Positions 48,646-57,964 of a stretch of DNA of 64,000 bases are shown here, piece after piece (within the stretch, counting starts at the first letter, position 1; each line of letters starts with the position of its first letter). The stretch comes from Polyangiales bacterium (GTDB lineage Bacteria > Myxococcota_A > Polyangia > Polyangiales > Houyiibacteriaceae): NCBI GenBank assembly GCA_045106895.1, contig JBGCFM010000054.1, positions 1 to 64,000 of the forward strand, written 5' to 3'. The position numbers and the translations under genes are program-made. The notes below the pieces were generated by a model, which did no database searches, was not told the DNA's origin, and saw only the letters and a list, made by a program, of their open reading frames with translations.

Positions 48646-49881
48646 CTAGGCGGCGTCTTCGCGGAAGAGCTTCCCTCGTTCGGTGATGGCCACGATCACC
48701 AGGGTCACAACGCCAATGGCGAGAAATCCCAGGAGCAAGGGGGTCGTCGTCCCGTCGTACTGGCGTCCAATGAAGCCACCGATGAGCGCCGAAATCGTGG
48801 TGGTGGCAAACCCGTAGGCGGCGGAAGCGCTCCCGGCGGCGGACCCTTGGGCCTGCATCGCGATGGCGTTGAAGTTGGCGCCGATGAGCCCGAAGAAACC
48901 AAAGGTCAGGGCGAAGAGCGGGTAGAACACCACGAAGCTCGACGTGAACTGCGTCACGGTGAGGAGCAGCGAAACGACGGTACAGAAGATGAACAGCGCG
49001 GCGTGGCTGAGCCGGCGCATACCGAAACGCATGACCAGTCGGGAGTTGGCGAAGTTCACGACGCTCAGTGCGATGGCGACGCCGGCGAACCAGTAAGCGA
49101 AGGTGTCGCCGAGGCCGAAGACCTCGCGAAATATCTGCTCCGCCGATGAGAGGAACGCGAAGAGTGCGCCAAAGAAAACACCGCCGCCGAGCATATAGCC
49201 CAGCGTCGCCCGCTGCTGAAAGACGCCGCGGTACGCCTCAAATGCGCTCCGCAGGCTCAGGTTTCGGCGCTTCTCCGGGGGCAGCGATTCCTCAAGGCGG
49301 AGGAAGCTCCAAACGAAGAGAATCGCGCCGGCGATGCTCAGAAAGAAGAAGCAAGCGCGCCAGCCGGCGGCGCTCGTAATGGCCTGGCCAAGGGCTGGCG
49401 CGAGGATGGGCACGACCATGAACACCGTGAGGATGAGGGACATGGTCCGCGCCATGGGAGCACCGGCGTAGCGGTCACGGACGACGGCGATGGCCACGAC
49501 GCGGCAACCCGCGGCAAAGACGCCCTGAGTAAAGCGCAGCGCGAGCAGGACCGTGAAGTGAGGTGCGTAGGCGCAGGCTGAACCCGTCAAGATGTAGCCA
49601 ACGAGCGACACGAAGAGGACCGGGCGTCGTCCGAAGCGGTCCGCGATGGGACCGAAGATCATCTGCGGGGCACCGAAGCCGAGCACGTAGGTGATGACGA
49701 CGAGCTGCTGGTCGTTTGGGTCCGTGAGGTTAAGGTCGCTCGCGATGAGCCCGAGAGAGGGGAGCATGATGTCGATGGCGAGGGCGTTGAGCGCCAAAAA
49801 GGAGGCCAACATGACCACCATCTCCCACGTCGGCGAGGCCGTCTTGTCCTCTGCTGCTCCAGCCACGCTCGGGGTAGTCAT
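48646..49881 (-). CDS. Bcr/CflA-family MFS drug efflux transporter
   Basis: LAIDIMLPSL, motif A GPIADRFGRRPV, VPILAPALG; 12-TM pattern. Confidence 0.9.
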   Translation of the reverse strand: MTTPSVAGAAEDKTASPTWEMVVMLASFLALNALAIDIMLPSLGLIASDLNLTDPNDQQLVVITYVLGFGAPQMIFGPIADRFGRRPVLFVSLVGYILTGSACAYAPHFTVLLALRFTQGVFAAGCRVVAIAVVRDRYAGAPMARTMSLILTVFMVVPILAPALGQAITSAAGWRACFFFLSIAGAILFVWSFLRLEESLPPEKRRNLSLRSAFEAYRGVFQQRATLGYMLGGGVFFGALFAFLSSAEQIFREVFGLGDTFAYWFAGVAIALSVVNFANSRLVMRFGMRRLSHAALFIFCTVVSLLLTVTQFTSSFVVFYPLFALTFGFFGLIGANFNAIAMQAQGSAAGSASAAYGFATTTISALIGGFIGRQYDGTTTPLLLGFLAIGVVTLVIVAITERGKLFREDAA

Positions 49882-49968
49882 CCGCTCAGTGCTTTGGGGC
49901 AAGGGCGGGCCAAGCGCCAGGCAGCGGCTTCAAGTTGACGCTGGGCGAGGCCGTTGGTACGCCGCGAC

Positions 49969-51174
49969 GTGACTTCTTCCCGAATCCTCCTCCTCGAGAA
50001 TATCCATCCCGGCGCCTTGGCCAGCCTTGAAGCCGCCGGTTTTGAAGTTGACCTGCTCTCCAAAGCACTTGGAGAAGACGATCTCATCCGTGAGTTGCAG
50101 GACTGTGTCGCCGTGGGCGTGCGCTCCAAGACGCAGGTCACAGCCAAGGTGCTCGAGGCTTGCAAGTCCCTCCGCGCCGTCGGCGCCTTTTGTATCGGCA
50201 CCAACCAGATCGACCTGGGCGTGGCGAACGGCCTCGGCATCCCGGCGTTCAACGCGCCCTTCTCAAATACACGTTCCGTCGCGGAACTCGTCGTCGCGGA
50301 AGTTGTATTTCTCGCTCGTCAGATGGGCGACCGCAACAACGAGATGCACGTCGGCAAGTGGAGCAAGACCTCCGCCGGCTGCCATGAGGTTCGCGGCAAG
50401 ACGCTCGGCATCATCGGGTACGGCCACATCGGTCGGCAGGTGGGTGTGCTCGCAGAAGCGTTCGGCATGACCGTTATCTTCCATGACATCGTGAGCCAGC
50501 TGCCGATGGGCAACAACTCGCCAGCAGACGGACTCGACGACCTGCTCTCGCGCGCGGACTTCGTTTCCCTGCACGTGCCAGCAACGCCCGACACGGAGTG
50601 GATGATCGGCGAGGCGGAGATCGCGAAAATGAAAGAAGGCGCGTCGCTCATCAATCTGAGCCGCGGCAACGTCGTCGTCATCGAAGCGCTGGCTGCGGCA
50701 CTGGACAGCGGACACCTCGCGGGTGCCGCTGTCGATGTGTACCCGAAAGAGCCGCGCACGAACAACGAGCCCTTCGAGACACCGCTTCAGGGCAAGCGCA
50801 ATATGATCCTCAGCCCGCACATCGGCGGCTCGACGGTGGAAGCACAGGTCGCCATCGGACAAGAGGTCTCCGGCGCGCTCATTCGCTACCTGAACTATGG
50901 CTCGACGACGGGCGCGGTGAACTTCCCCATCGCGGACCTACCTCCACGTGAGGGCGTCAACCGAATCCAGCATGTGCACCGCAACGTCCCTGGTGTTTTG
51001 GGCGATGTGCACCGCATCGTGTCGGGACAGAGCGCCAACGTCCTCGGGCAGATGCTCGCGACGGACGAGACGCTTGGCTACCTCATCATGGATGTGGAAG
51101 CCGGGAAGGGCGCCTCCATCGCGGAAGAGATGCGCGGGCTGCCGACGACGGTTCGCGCACGCGTGCTCTTCTAA
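49969..51174 (+). CDS. serA: D-3-phosphoglycerate dehydrogenase (E. coli type, ACT domain)
   Basis: ILLLENIH, GVRSKT, FCIGTNQ, NAPFSNTRSVAE, GIIGYGHIG, PHIGGST and HRNVPGVL. Confidence 0.95.
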   Translation: MTSSRILLLENIHPGALASLEAAGFEVDLLSKALGEDDLIRELQDCVAVGVRSKTQVTAKVLEACKSLRAVGAFCIGTNQIDLGVANGLGIPAFNAPFSNTRSVAELVVAEVVFLARQMGDRNNEMHVGKWSKTSAGCHEVRGKTLGIIGYGHIGRQVGVLAEAFGMTVIFHDIVSQLPMGNNSPADGLDDLLSRADFVSLHVPATPDTEWMIGEAEIAKMKEGASLINLSRGNVVVIEALAAALDSGHLAGAAVDVYPKEPRTNNEPFETPLQGKRNMILSPHIGGSTVEAQVAIGQEVSGALIRYLNYGSTTGAVNFPIADLPPREGVNRIQHVHRNVPGVLGDVHRIVSGQSANVLGQMLATDETLGYLIMDVEAGKGASIAEEMRGLPTTVRARVLF

Positions 51175-51182
51175 GTCCTCGC

Positions 51183-52559
51183 TTAGAGGACTTTGCCCGG
51201 GTTGAGAATGCCCTTGGGGTCGAGAATCGACTTCATCTGCCGCATCAGTTTGAGCTCGCCTGCGCTCCGGGTGTAGCCCAGGGCGGGCTTCTTGAGCAGG
51301 CCGATGCCATGTTCAGCGGAAATGCTCCCGCGGTACTTCTGAATGAGCTGGAACATGCCTTCGTCTGCGGCATGAGCGACTTCGAGGAACGCTTCCTTGG
51401 TGAGCCCATCGGGCTTCATGACGTTCACGTGCAGATTGCCGTCGCCGATGTGCCCAAAAAGACAGATCTCAAGCTCGGGGTAGTTGGCTTTGAAGAGCTC
51501 TTCCAAGTCCACAACGAACTGCTCCAGACTCGCGATGGGCAAGGAGATGTCGTTCTTATGCGGCAGGCCCGTGGCACTCAGGCTTTCGCTGATGCCCTCA
51601 CGCAGCTGCCAAAGGTGGCGCGCCTGCTCGGCGCCGGAGGCGAGGGTGCCGTCTTCGACGATTTCCAGAACTTCCCCCAGCCAGTCTTCGAGCCGCTCTC
51701 GACTCTCGCTCTCCACCTCGAGGAGCACGTAGTACGGCGCGCTGACTTCGAGGGGAGGGCGCAAGCTGCGGTGTTGGGCGAGGCGGGCGAGACACGCGTC
51801 ACTCATCATTTCAAAGGCGCTGAGCAAGAAGGGCGCTCGGCGTGCGCTTCGGTAGACGTCGATGAGCGTGGGGAGGTCTTTGACGGCGAAGAGCATCACA
51901 TCCTGCGCCGGGGGAACGCGCGCAAGCTTGAGCGTCGCTTCGGTGATGATACCGAGGATGCCTTCGCTCCCAATGAAGAGCTGGCGTAGGTCGATGCCGG
52001 TGTTGTTCTTTTCGAGGGCGTGATCCAAGTCGAGGATCTCACCGGTGCCCGTGACGACTTTGAGCCCGAGCACCCACTGGCGCGTCAGACCGTAGCGGAT
52101 GACCTTTACGCCGCCGGCGTTCGTCGCGATGTTGCCGCCGACGAAGCTGCTCCCTTTGGACGCAAAGTCGATGGGCCAGGTGAGGCCTTTTTCTTCGCAG
52201 TGCTGATGGACACGCTCGGTGACGGCGCCGGCCCCTACCTTGACGGTGAGGCCCACTTCGTCGACCTCGCCGAGCTGGTCGAGCTTTTCGAGGGAGAGTA
52301 CGAGCTCTCCGGAGGTGGCGACGGCGCCTCCCGCGAGGCCGGTGCGTCCGCCGCTGGGCACGACGGCGATGTTCTCCTCTGCGCAGATCTTGATGAGCTC
52401 CGATACGGCTTCCGTGCTCGTAGGAAAAGCCACAGCGCCCGCGTTTCGCGCGTGGACCTTGGTCCAGTCGCCGCCGTAGGTCTCGAGGTCCGCTCCGTCA
52501 AAGGAGAGCCGTCCGTGAGCTCCAAGTCGCGCCAAAATCGCATCACTCCACATGCGCAT
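51183..52559 (-). CDS. FAD-linked oxidase, D-2-hydroxyacid (probably D-2-hydroxyglutarate) dehydrogenase
   Basis: PSGGRTGLAGGA, GGNIATNAGG, KNNTGIDLRQLFIGSEG, FGHIGDGNLH, GSISAEHGIG and LNPGK. Confidence 0.85.
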   Translation of the reverse strand: MRMWSDAILARLGAHGRLSFDGADLETYGGDWTKVHARNAGAVAFPTSTEAVSELIKICAEENIAVVPSGGRTGLAGGAVATSGELVLSLEKLDQLGEVDEVGLTVKVGAGAVTERVHQHCEEKGLTWPIDFASKGSSFVGGNIATNAGGVKVIRYGLTRQWVLGLKVVTGTGEILDLDHALEKNNTGIDLRQLFIGSEGILGIITEATLKLARVPPAQDVMLFAVKDLPTLIDVYRSARRAPFLLSAFEMMSDACLARLAQHRSLRPPLEVSAPYYVLLEVESESRERLEDWLGEVLEIVEDGTLASGAEQARHLWQLREGISESLSATGLPHKNDISLPIASLEQFVVDLEELFKANYPELEICLFGHIGDGNLHVNVMKPDGLTKEAFLEVAHAADEGMFQLIQKYRGSISAEHGIGLLKKPALGYTRSAGELKLMRQMKSILDPKGILNPGKVL

Positions 52560-52630
52560 TACATAGCCGGACTCCGGGAGTCCTCAAGTCAGCGGATGCC
52601 GCGTGCAGCAAACGCGCCCATAGTGGCGGC

Positions 52631-53446
52631 GTGCTTATTCAAGGAAGCGGTCCAGGACGCGAAATCTTCGTACGTGAGCTCGGCGACGCGGCTCATCCTT
52701 CGGTGGTCTTCGTCCATTCGTCGGGCATGAGCGGTGGCCAATGGCGGAGGCACTCGCTGCTCTTCCGTGACGCCGGTTACCACGTGCTCGTCCCCGACCT
52801 TATCGGATGCGGAAGAAGCGAAGCTTGGGGCGACGACTCGGGGCGTTTCGAGGCCGAAGCGGACATGGAGGTCATCGCGAGCCTCGCGAAAGAGCACGGC
52901 CCCGTGATTCTGATCGGCCACTCGTATGGCGGCGCGTTGGCGCTCAAGACAGCGCGCGCCCTTCGTGGACAAATCACCGCCGTCGCGGTCTACGACCCTG
53001 TTCTGTGGGGCCCTCACCGCGAGATTCATGGCGACGGTTTTGTGCAGAAGATGAAAGAGCGTGGGCTCCTGGACCCTGCACTGCGCGGCAGCGAGGAGTG
53101 GATGTCGACGTTCGTGGAGTATTGGGGCGGCGAAGGCGCGTGGGAACGCATGGCGCCGCTCGCGCGGGAGCAGATGATGCGCTCCGCGGCGCAGACCTGT
53201 GACCAGGCGCTGGCGCTGTCGCGCGACGAAGAGGGCGCAGAAACCTACGCGGCGATTTGCGCGCCAGCGCTTGTTCTTAGCGGTTCGGAAACGCCGCCGG
53301 AGATGCGTGACTCCGCCGTGCGCGTGGCCGAGGCGATTCCTCGTGGGGAGCACAAGGTGTTGCCCGGCGGGCACATGGTTCCGCTGACGCATACGGAGCT
53401 CTTTTGTGAAGCTGTGCTCTCGTGGGTCCGCGCTAGTAGTTCATGA
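52631..53446 (+). CDS. Alpha/beta hydrolase
   Basis: PDLIGCGRS, GHSYGG and GGHM. Confidence 0.8.
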   Translation: MLIQGSGPGREIFVRELGDAAHPSVVFVHSSGMSGGQWRRHSLLFRDAGYHVLVPDLIGCGRSEAWGDDSGRFEAEADMEVIASLAKEHGPVILIGHSYGGALALKTARALRGQITAVAVYDPVLWGPHREIHGDGFVQKMKERGLLDPALRGSEEWMSTFVEYWGGEGAWERMAPLAREQMMRSAAQTCDQALALSRDEEGAETYAAICAPALVLSGSETPPEMRDSAVRVAEAIPRGEHKVLPGGHMVPLTHTELFCEAVLSWVRASSS

Positions 53447-53834
53447 TGCAGATATCCATCTGAGGCGCGCTTGCGACCACGCCACAGCTTTCGGGCCCCG
53501 CAACGCAGCTGATGGCGAGCATGGCACTTGGGCCGCCGTACCTCAGCATGCGCGCATCAAAGGGTGTTCCGGGGGCCACGCACGCGGCGAGCCAGAGCTG
53601 CCGGTGGGCGACGAGGTGTTCGACCTGCTCAGGCGTGAGGCGAGGCTCGAGCCAGGTATCGTCCGGGGTGCTCGTGACTTGGTAGTATCGCCAGTCGCAG
53701 CTCGATGATCGCGTGACGTCGTTGTAGCGTGATATGGCGCGGCCGAGTGTTGTCTCCAAAGGCGCAGCGCATCCCGCGAGCATGATGATGCCGCCGAAGA
53801 TGAGCTGCGCGCGCAGCGTGGACAACGCCTTCAT
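53433..53834 (-). CDS. Small hypothetical lipoprotein
   Basis: Lipobox MLAGC; start sits 6 nt after TAACGT. Confidence 0.55.
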   Translation of the reverse strand: MKALSTLRAQLIFGGIIMLAGCAAPLETTLGRAISRYNDVTRSSSCDWRYYQVTSTPDDTWLEPRLTPEQVEHLVAHRQLWLAACVAPGTPFDARMLRYGGPSAMLAISCVAGPESCGVVASAPQMDICIMNY

Positions 53835-53852
53835 GCCCTCACGTTATCATTC

Positions 53853-54512
53853 CTAGAGGCGGCGGACGTAGGCGCTTGTGCCGTGCGTGCGTCGCATCGC
53901 GGCGGCGACGTCTTGGGCAACGTCCGTCGTGAGGAACGCGCCGACAACAACGCGAAAGACGGGCACGCCGCGGGCGTCGGTGGATTCGATGACGTGCACC
54001 GACGAGTTATCCGCGGGGAAGCCGCCGGCTTCGTAGAAACCGTGCGCCGCGGCAAAGGTGCCTGTCGTGTAGCCGGGGTCGCTCTGCATGAGGCGGTCCG
54101 CGAGGGCCTCCGCGCTGGCTCGGTCTCTTGTGGCTCCGACCTGCACCGTCAGCGCCTCAAAGCCGACACGCATGGCGGCTCGACGCGCGGGTCGCTCAAG
54201 TTCGAGCTTGCGCGCGACGCGTGCGAAGAGCAGGTCGAAGCGCCCGCGGGGGTATTCGATCTCGGCGTCGCGAACGTACGCGGAGCCGAATACGACCTCC
54301 AGTGGCTCCTCGCCGACGAGGGCGTTCAGGCGGGGAAGCCAGATGGCTAGCTCGCGGGCGTTTTCAGGGCTCCACTCGGTATCCCCGCCCTGGACGGTGA
54401 CGTTTCCGTAGACCGCTGCGTACCCATCCCAGCAAGCCTGCGTGGAAGGGGGCGAGACGATGGCGAGGGCGATGGCGAAGACGAAGGCGAGTCGCGGGGC
54501 TGTTTGAGTCAT
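53853..54512 (-). CDS. Secreted protein with a SPOR-like C-terminal domain
   Basis: Signal peptide; TVQVGA..RASAEALA and FRVVVGAF..AYVRRL. Confidence 0.65.
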   Translation of the reverse strand: MTQTAPRLAFVFAIALAIVSPPSTQACWDGYAAVYGNVTVQGGDTEWSPENARELAIWLPRLNALVGEEPLEVVFGSAYVRDAEIEYPRGRFDLLFARVARKLELERPARRAAMRVGFEALTVQVGATRDRASAEALADRLMQSDPGYTTGTFAAAHGFYEAGGFPADNSSVHVIESTDARGVPVFRVVVGAFLTTDVAQDVAAAMRRTHGTSAYVRRL

Positions 54513-54524
54513 GGCCCCCGACGG

Positions 54525-54581
54525 TGCAGATGGCGTGCCCAGTGTCGATGTTTTCGTTAATTGTGTAATATCAGGTGCTTA
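54525..54581 (-). promoter_or_regulatory. Sigma-54 promoter with an adjacent IHF-like site
   Basis: Minus strand GGGCACGCCATCTGCA (GG-N10-GC, 54540-54525). TATCAGGTGCTTA at 54569-54581 matches WATCARNNNNTTR and is flanked by an AT-rich tract. Confidence 0.6.
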
Positions 54582-54755
54582 GGGTTGAGTCGGCAAACGC
54601 TCTTGTGTCCACCTGCACACGTTTTTGTGGCAGAGGAAGCGGGCGGCGTGGGTCTCCGTGCTTGTCCGAGTGCTTTCGCGCACCTACGTCTGAGGCTCGG
54701 CAGGAGATGTACGAAAGACTGTAACGTTTGCGCCCTGACCGACTCTGGAAGACTC

Positions 54756-55985
54756 ATGACCCTATCGCGAAATATCTCTCTTCTTCTTTTGTGTGGGCTC
54801 CTCGCGGCGCCTTCTCTTCAAGCCCAAGACGAAGCCCCTGCGTCGCCGGAGGTCGCCGATGAAGTGGCCATGCCCGCCGTCGTGGAGCCGGCTCCCGTCG
54901 CTCCGCCCCCGCCGCCGATGATTCCGCCGACGCCGCCACCGGTGGCCCCGACGGAGACAGAACTTGACCCAACAGCGCACAAAGGAGACGGGTGGACGGC
55001 TCACAGCGGAGCGCACCGGGCCGCGGCGCTGGTCTTCGGCGATTCGCATCACGCGCTCACGACGACGCGCGTGATCCGCGACCGCGGGAGCATCCATCTG
55101 ATCAACGAAGATGGGGAGAGCGTCATGGCGACTTACGTGGCGCACAACCGGTGGACCGGTCTTGTCTTGCTCCGCACCGACGCTGACCTTGGCGCCCCGG
55201 CGCAGCCAGGCGAAAACCTCGTTGCAGGAGACGCCGTTCGTTTCCGCGCGCGTCATGGCCGTCACCAGCATCATCCTCGCGGCGACGTGGAGACGGTGAT
55301 TCTCTCGCTGCGCACGAACCGACTGACGCTCGGCGCCGAGTGCACCGAAGGCGAGGGCATCTACAGCCAGCGCGACGGTAGCCTCGCTGGCATCTGCACG
55401 GGCAGCGAACAAGCCGCAAGCGTGCACGCCGCCGAGGAGCTCTTCGGCCGCCACGATACGCCCGAGGCTCGCAGCGCTTGGCGTCTTCGACTCAGCGTTG
55501 ACCTCCGCTACCGCATTCAAGACGGCTTCGAGTCCGTCCTCGCGGGAGAGTTCGGCATCGGCGTTCTGGGCTACAACCGTCTCGGCTTTGCCCTTCGCGG
55601 CGGAATTGCGGCGGACGCAGAACAAGACGACGACGGCCCATTGACCCTCGACACGCCCATCGAAGTGACCGGCGAAGTTCAGTTTCATCAGGCGTTCCGC
55701 TTTGGACAGCCGAGCCGTCTCGTCCTCGCCCTCGGCGCGACGTTCCGCTACCAGCGAACGGTCACGACGACGACGACGGCGGATTTCGGTGGCTGTGACG
55801 TGAGCGCGGGACCCTGTCCCGTCACCTTTGCGCGCTCCGAGACCACCGATTCGCAGTATCGAGTCCTTCCCATGGGACGCTTGGAAATCGACATGGGCGC
55901 CATGGCGCTCTCTTACGTCGTTCACCTCGACATCGACGACGTGGCGAACACCACGCACTCCGTCGGAATCGGTCTCGTCTACTAA
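54756..55985 (+). CDS. Secreted protein: Pro-rich linker, degenerate trypsin/HtrA-like domain, C-terminal beta-barrel-like region
   Basis: Signal peptide ending AQ; poly-Pro; HALTTTRVI and TGLVLLR; ends SVGIGLVY. Confidence 0.6.
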   Translation: MTLSRNISLLLLCGLLAAPSLQAQDEAPASPEVADEVAMPAVVEPAPVAPPPPPMIPPTPPPVAPTETELDPTAHKGDGWTAHSGAHRAAALVFGDSHHALTTTRVIRDRGSIHLINEDGESVMATYVAHNRWTGLVLLRTDADLGAPAQPGENLVAGDAVRFRARHGRHQHHPRGDVETVILSLRTNRLTLGAECTEGEGIYSQRDGSLAGICTGSEQAASVHAAEELFGRHDTPEARSAWRLRLSVDLRYRIQDGFESVLAGEFGIGVLGYNRLGFALRGGIAADAEQDDDGPLTLDTPIEVTGEVQFHQAFRFGQPSRLVLALGATFRYQRTVTTTTTADFGGCDVSAGPCPVTFARSETTDSQYRVLPMGRLEIDMGAMALSYVVHLDIDDVANTTHSVGIGLVY

Positions 55986-56008
55986 CGCGGCGCTAGCGAA
56001 GCCGGCTC

Positions 56009-56272
56009 TTATTCCGCGGCGGCTTCTTCGACTTCAGCGGCGGCCTCGTCGACCTCAGCGGCGGCTTCTTCGGCCGCCGCCTCGACGGTCCCCGCGCCTT
56101 CCTCGGCGGCTTCACCGAGATCCTCGCCAAGGTCACCCATCATGTCCTCCAGGTCCTGGGCCATCTCGTTGGCGGCGGCCTCGGCTTCCGCCTGCGCGGC
56201 AGCTTCCTCCTCGGGGCTGGGTCCGCAAGCAGCCAAAGAGAGTACGGTGAGCAGGGCGAGTGCTTTATTCAT
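56009..56272 (-). CDS. Small Ala/Glu-rich lipoprotein
   Basis: MNKALALLTVLSLAAC followed by EAAAE repeats. Confidence 0.75.
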   Translation of the reverse strand: MNKALALLTVLSLAACGPSPEEEAAAQAEAEAAANEMAQDLEDMMGDLGEDLGEAAEEGAGTVEAAAEEAAAEVDEAAAEVEEAAAE

Positions 56273-56404
56273 GCGGCGAGCCTCGCACAATAAAACGCGC
56301 CCCGTCGAGGGCTCCCAAACCCATCAAGGGCGACGTCTGGTGGGGATTTCCATGAAAGGACGTACGCAGCGTGTTCTCTTTGACACTTCTGCTACGGTCC
56401 CGGC

Positions 56405-57412
56405 GTGAAGACGACACGATTGGCATTGGCCCTCCTTCTCTCCATCGCTGCTTGCGGCGATGACGACACCCCTGACGCTGGCCAGACGCCGGACAGCGCG
56501 GTCGCGGACGCGTCCAGCGACGTTGGCGCAGGCGATACTGGGAACGAGTCGGACGCCGGCGCAGACGCGGGTGCCAGCGACGCCGGCAGCGATGCGAACA
56601 TCCCAGACGTGTTCGATGCAGGGCCTCCCGCTTGTGGCACCGAGCAGCCGAGCGTCGCCGCTGTTCGAGGGACCGAGGGCGTCGCCATCGCGCCGGATGG
56701 CACAATCTACTACTCCCAGAGTGGCGGAATCGGTCGAATCTTGCCCGGGATGGATGCGGAGAACGATTGGATCACGGGGCTCGGCGGCACCATGTGGGGG
56801 CTCGCGTATCGCGCGTCGGACGACGTGCTCTTCGCGGCGACGCCCGCCGCTGGGGGCGGGACCATCTACCGCGTAGACACCACCGCCGAAGAGGCGACGG
56901 CTGAGTCCTTCATCACCGGCGCCGGCGCGCCCAACGGTCTCATCCTTGCCGGCGACGACGGGCTTCTCTTCTCGGACTTCAGCGGCGGCACCGTGATGTA
57001 CGTGGAAGGCGACGGAGAACCGACGCTCGTCGGCCGCTTCACGCAGCCAAACGGTCTCTTCCTCGACGACGACGGAACGCTTCTTGTGCTCTCCTACGGA
57101 CCTGGCGAGATCTTCCGGCTAACCGTGAACGACGATTGGTCGGAGATGTCGCGCGAGATGGTGGCGGACATCGATGCGGCGCCGGATGGCATCGGCCGCG
57201 ACGAAATGGGCCGCTACTACGTGACGGACAATGGAGACGGTCGCTTGTTTCGCTTCAACGCGGACTTCGGCGCGGAAGAGCAACTTCTGACGGGCGTTCC
57301 GAGCGCCGCGAATATCGCCTGGGGCCAAGGTCCGTTGGTTTGCACGGAGCTATACGTGACGTCCGGCGCGACGATGCGTGTGGTCGACGTTGGCGCCACC
57401 GGCCGCCCCTGA
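56405..57412 (+). CDS. SMP-30/gluconolactonase-like beta-propeller lipoprotein
   Basis: Lipobox IAACGDDD; DAG linker; EGVAIAPDG, PNGL x2, PDGIG and ANIAWG. Confidence 0.85.
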   Translation: MKTTRLALALLLSIAACGDDDTPDAGQTPDSAVADASSDVGAGDTGNESDAGADAGASDAGSDANIPDVFDAGPPACGTEQPSVAAVRGTEGVAIAPDGTIYYSQSGGIGRILPGMDAENDWITGLGGTMWGLAYRASDDVLFAATPAAGGGTIYRVDTTAEEATAESFITGAGAPNGLILAGDDGLLFSDFSGGTVMYVEGDGEPTLVGRFTQPNGLFLDDDGTLLVLSYGPGEIFRLTVNDDWSEMSREMVADIDAAPDGIGRDEMGRYYVTDNGDGRLFRFNADFGAEEQLLTGVPSAANIAWGQGPLVCTELYVTSGATMRVVDVGATGRP

Positions 57413-57484
57413 TTCTTCGGTTCAGGGGTAACCCTGGGGTGTCGTGTGTTGTGGAGGGTTGGCTGTCCTTGGCACCCTCCAACA

Positions 57485-57964
57485 ATGCGCTTCGCCGTTT
57501 ACCTTTGTGTTTTTGGGGTCTTAGGGGGATGCCACGCCTTCATCGACCCGGAGGACGACTATCTCCGGCCCGAAGACGCTGGCACGCCACCAATGGACGA
57601 TGCTGGGCCACCGCCGGGCGATGTGTTCGATGCGGGTCTACTGAGCGATGTGGACGGTTCTGCACTCGATGCAGGTCCGCAGTGCACGAACGTTGGAGAT
57701 TTTAATAGAGTCAACTCGGAAACTCTCATCGCTTGCTGCATCGTTTCAAGCGATTGCCCACCACCACCCGGGAATCTTCCTCCCTTTGGCTGCGTGGACC
57801 CAGCATGTCCGTCGCACAACGCGGGTGTCTGCCTTCCGGTGGGTCTGCTTCGCGGAGACCGTTGCCGAGCGAATGGACAATGCGTGAGCGGAGTTTGCAT
57901 GGGCGGTCAAGCGATGGTCGCATGTGGCGAACGCGTCGGGATTCTTCCAGGAGAATGCCAATGA
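57485..57964 (+). CDS. Cys-rich lipoprotein
   Basis: Lipobox VLGGC; DAG linker; C-terminal half rich in Cys. Confidence 0.65.
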   Translation: MRFAVYLCVFGVLGGCHAFIDPEDDYLRPEDAGTPPMDDAGPPPGDVFDAGLLSDVDGSALDAGPQCTNVGDFNRVNSETLIACCIVSSDCPPPPGNLPPFGCVDPACPSHNAGVCLPVGLLRGDRCRANGQCVSGVCMGGQAMVACGERVGILPGECQ

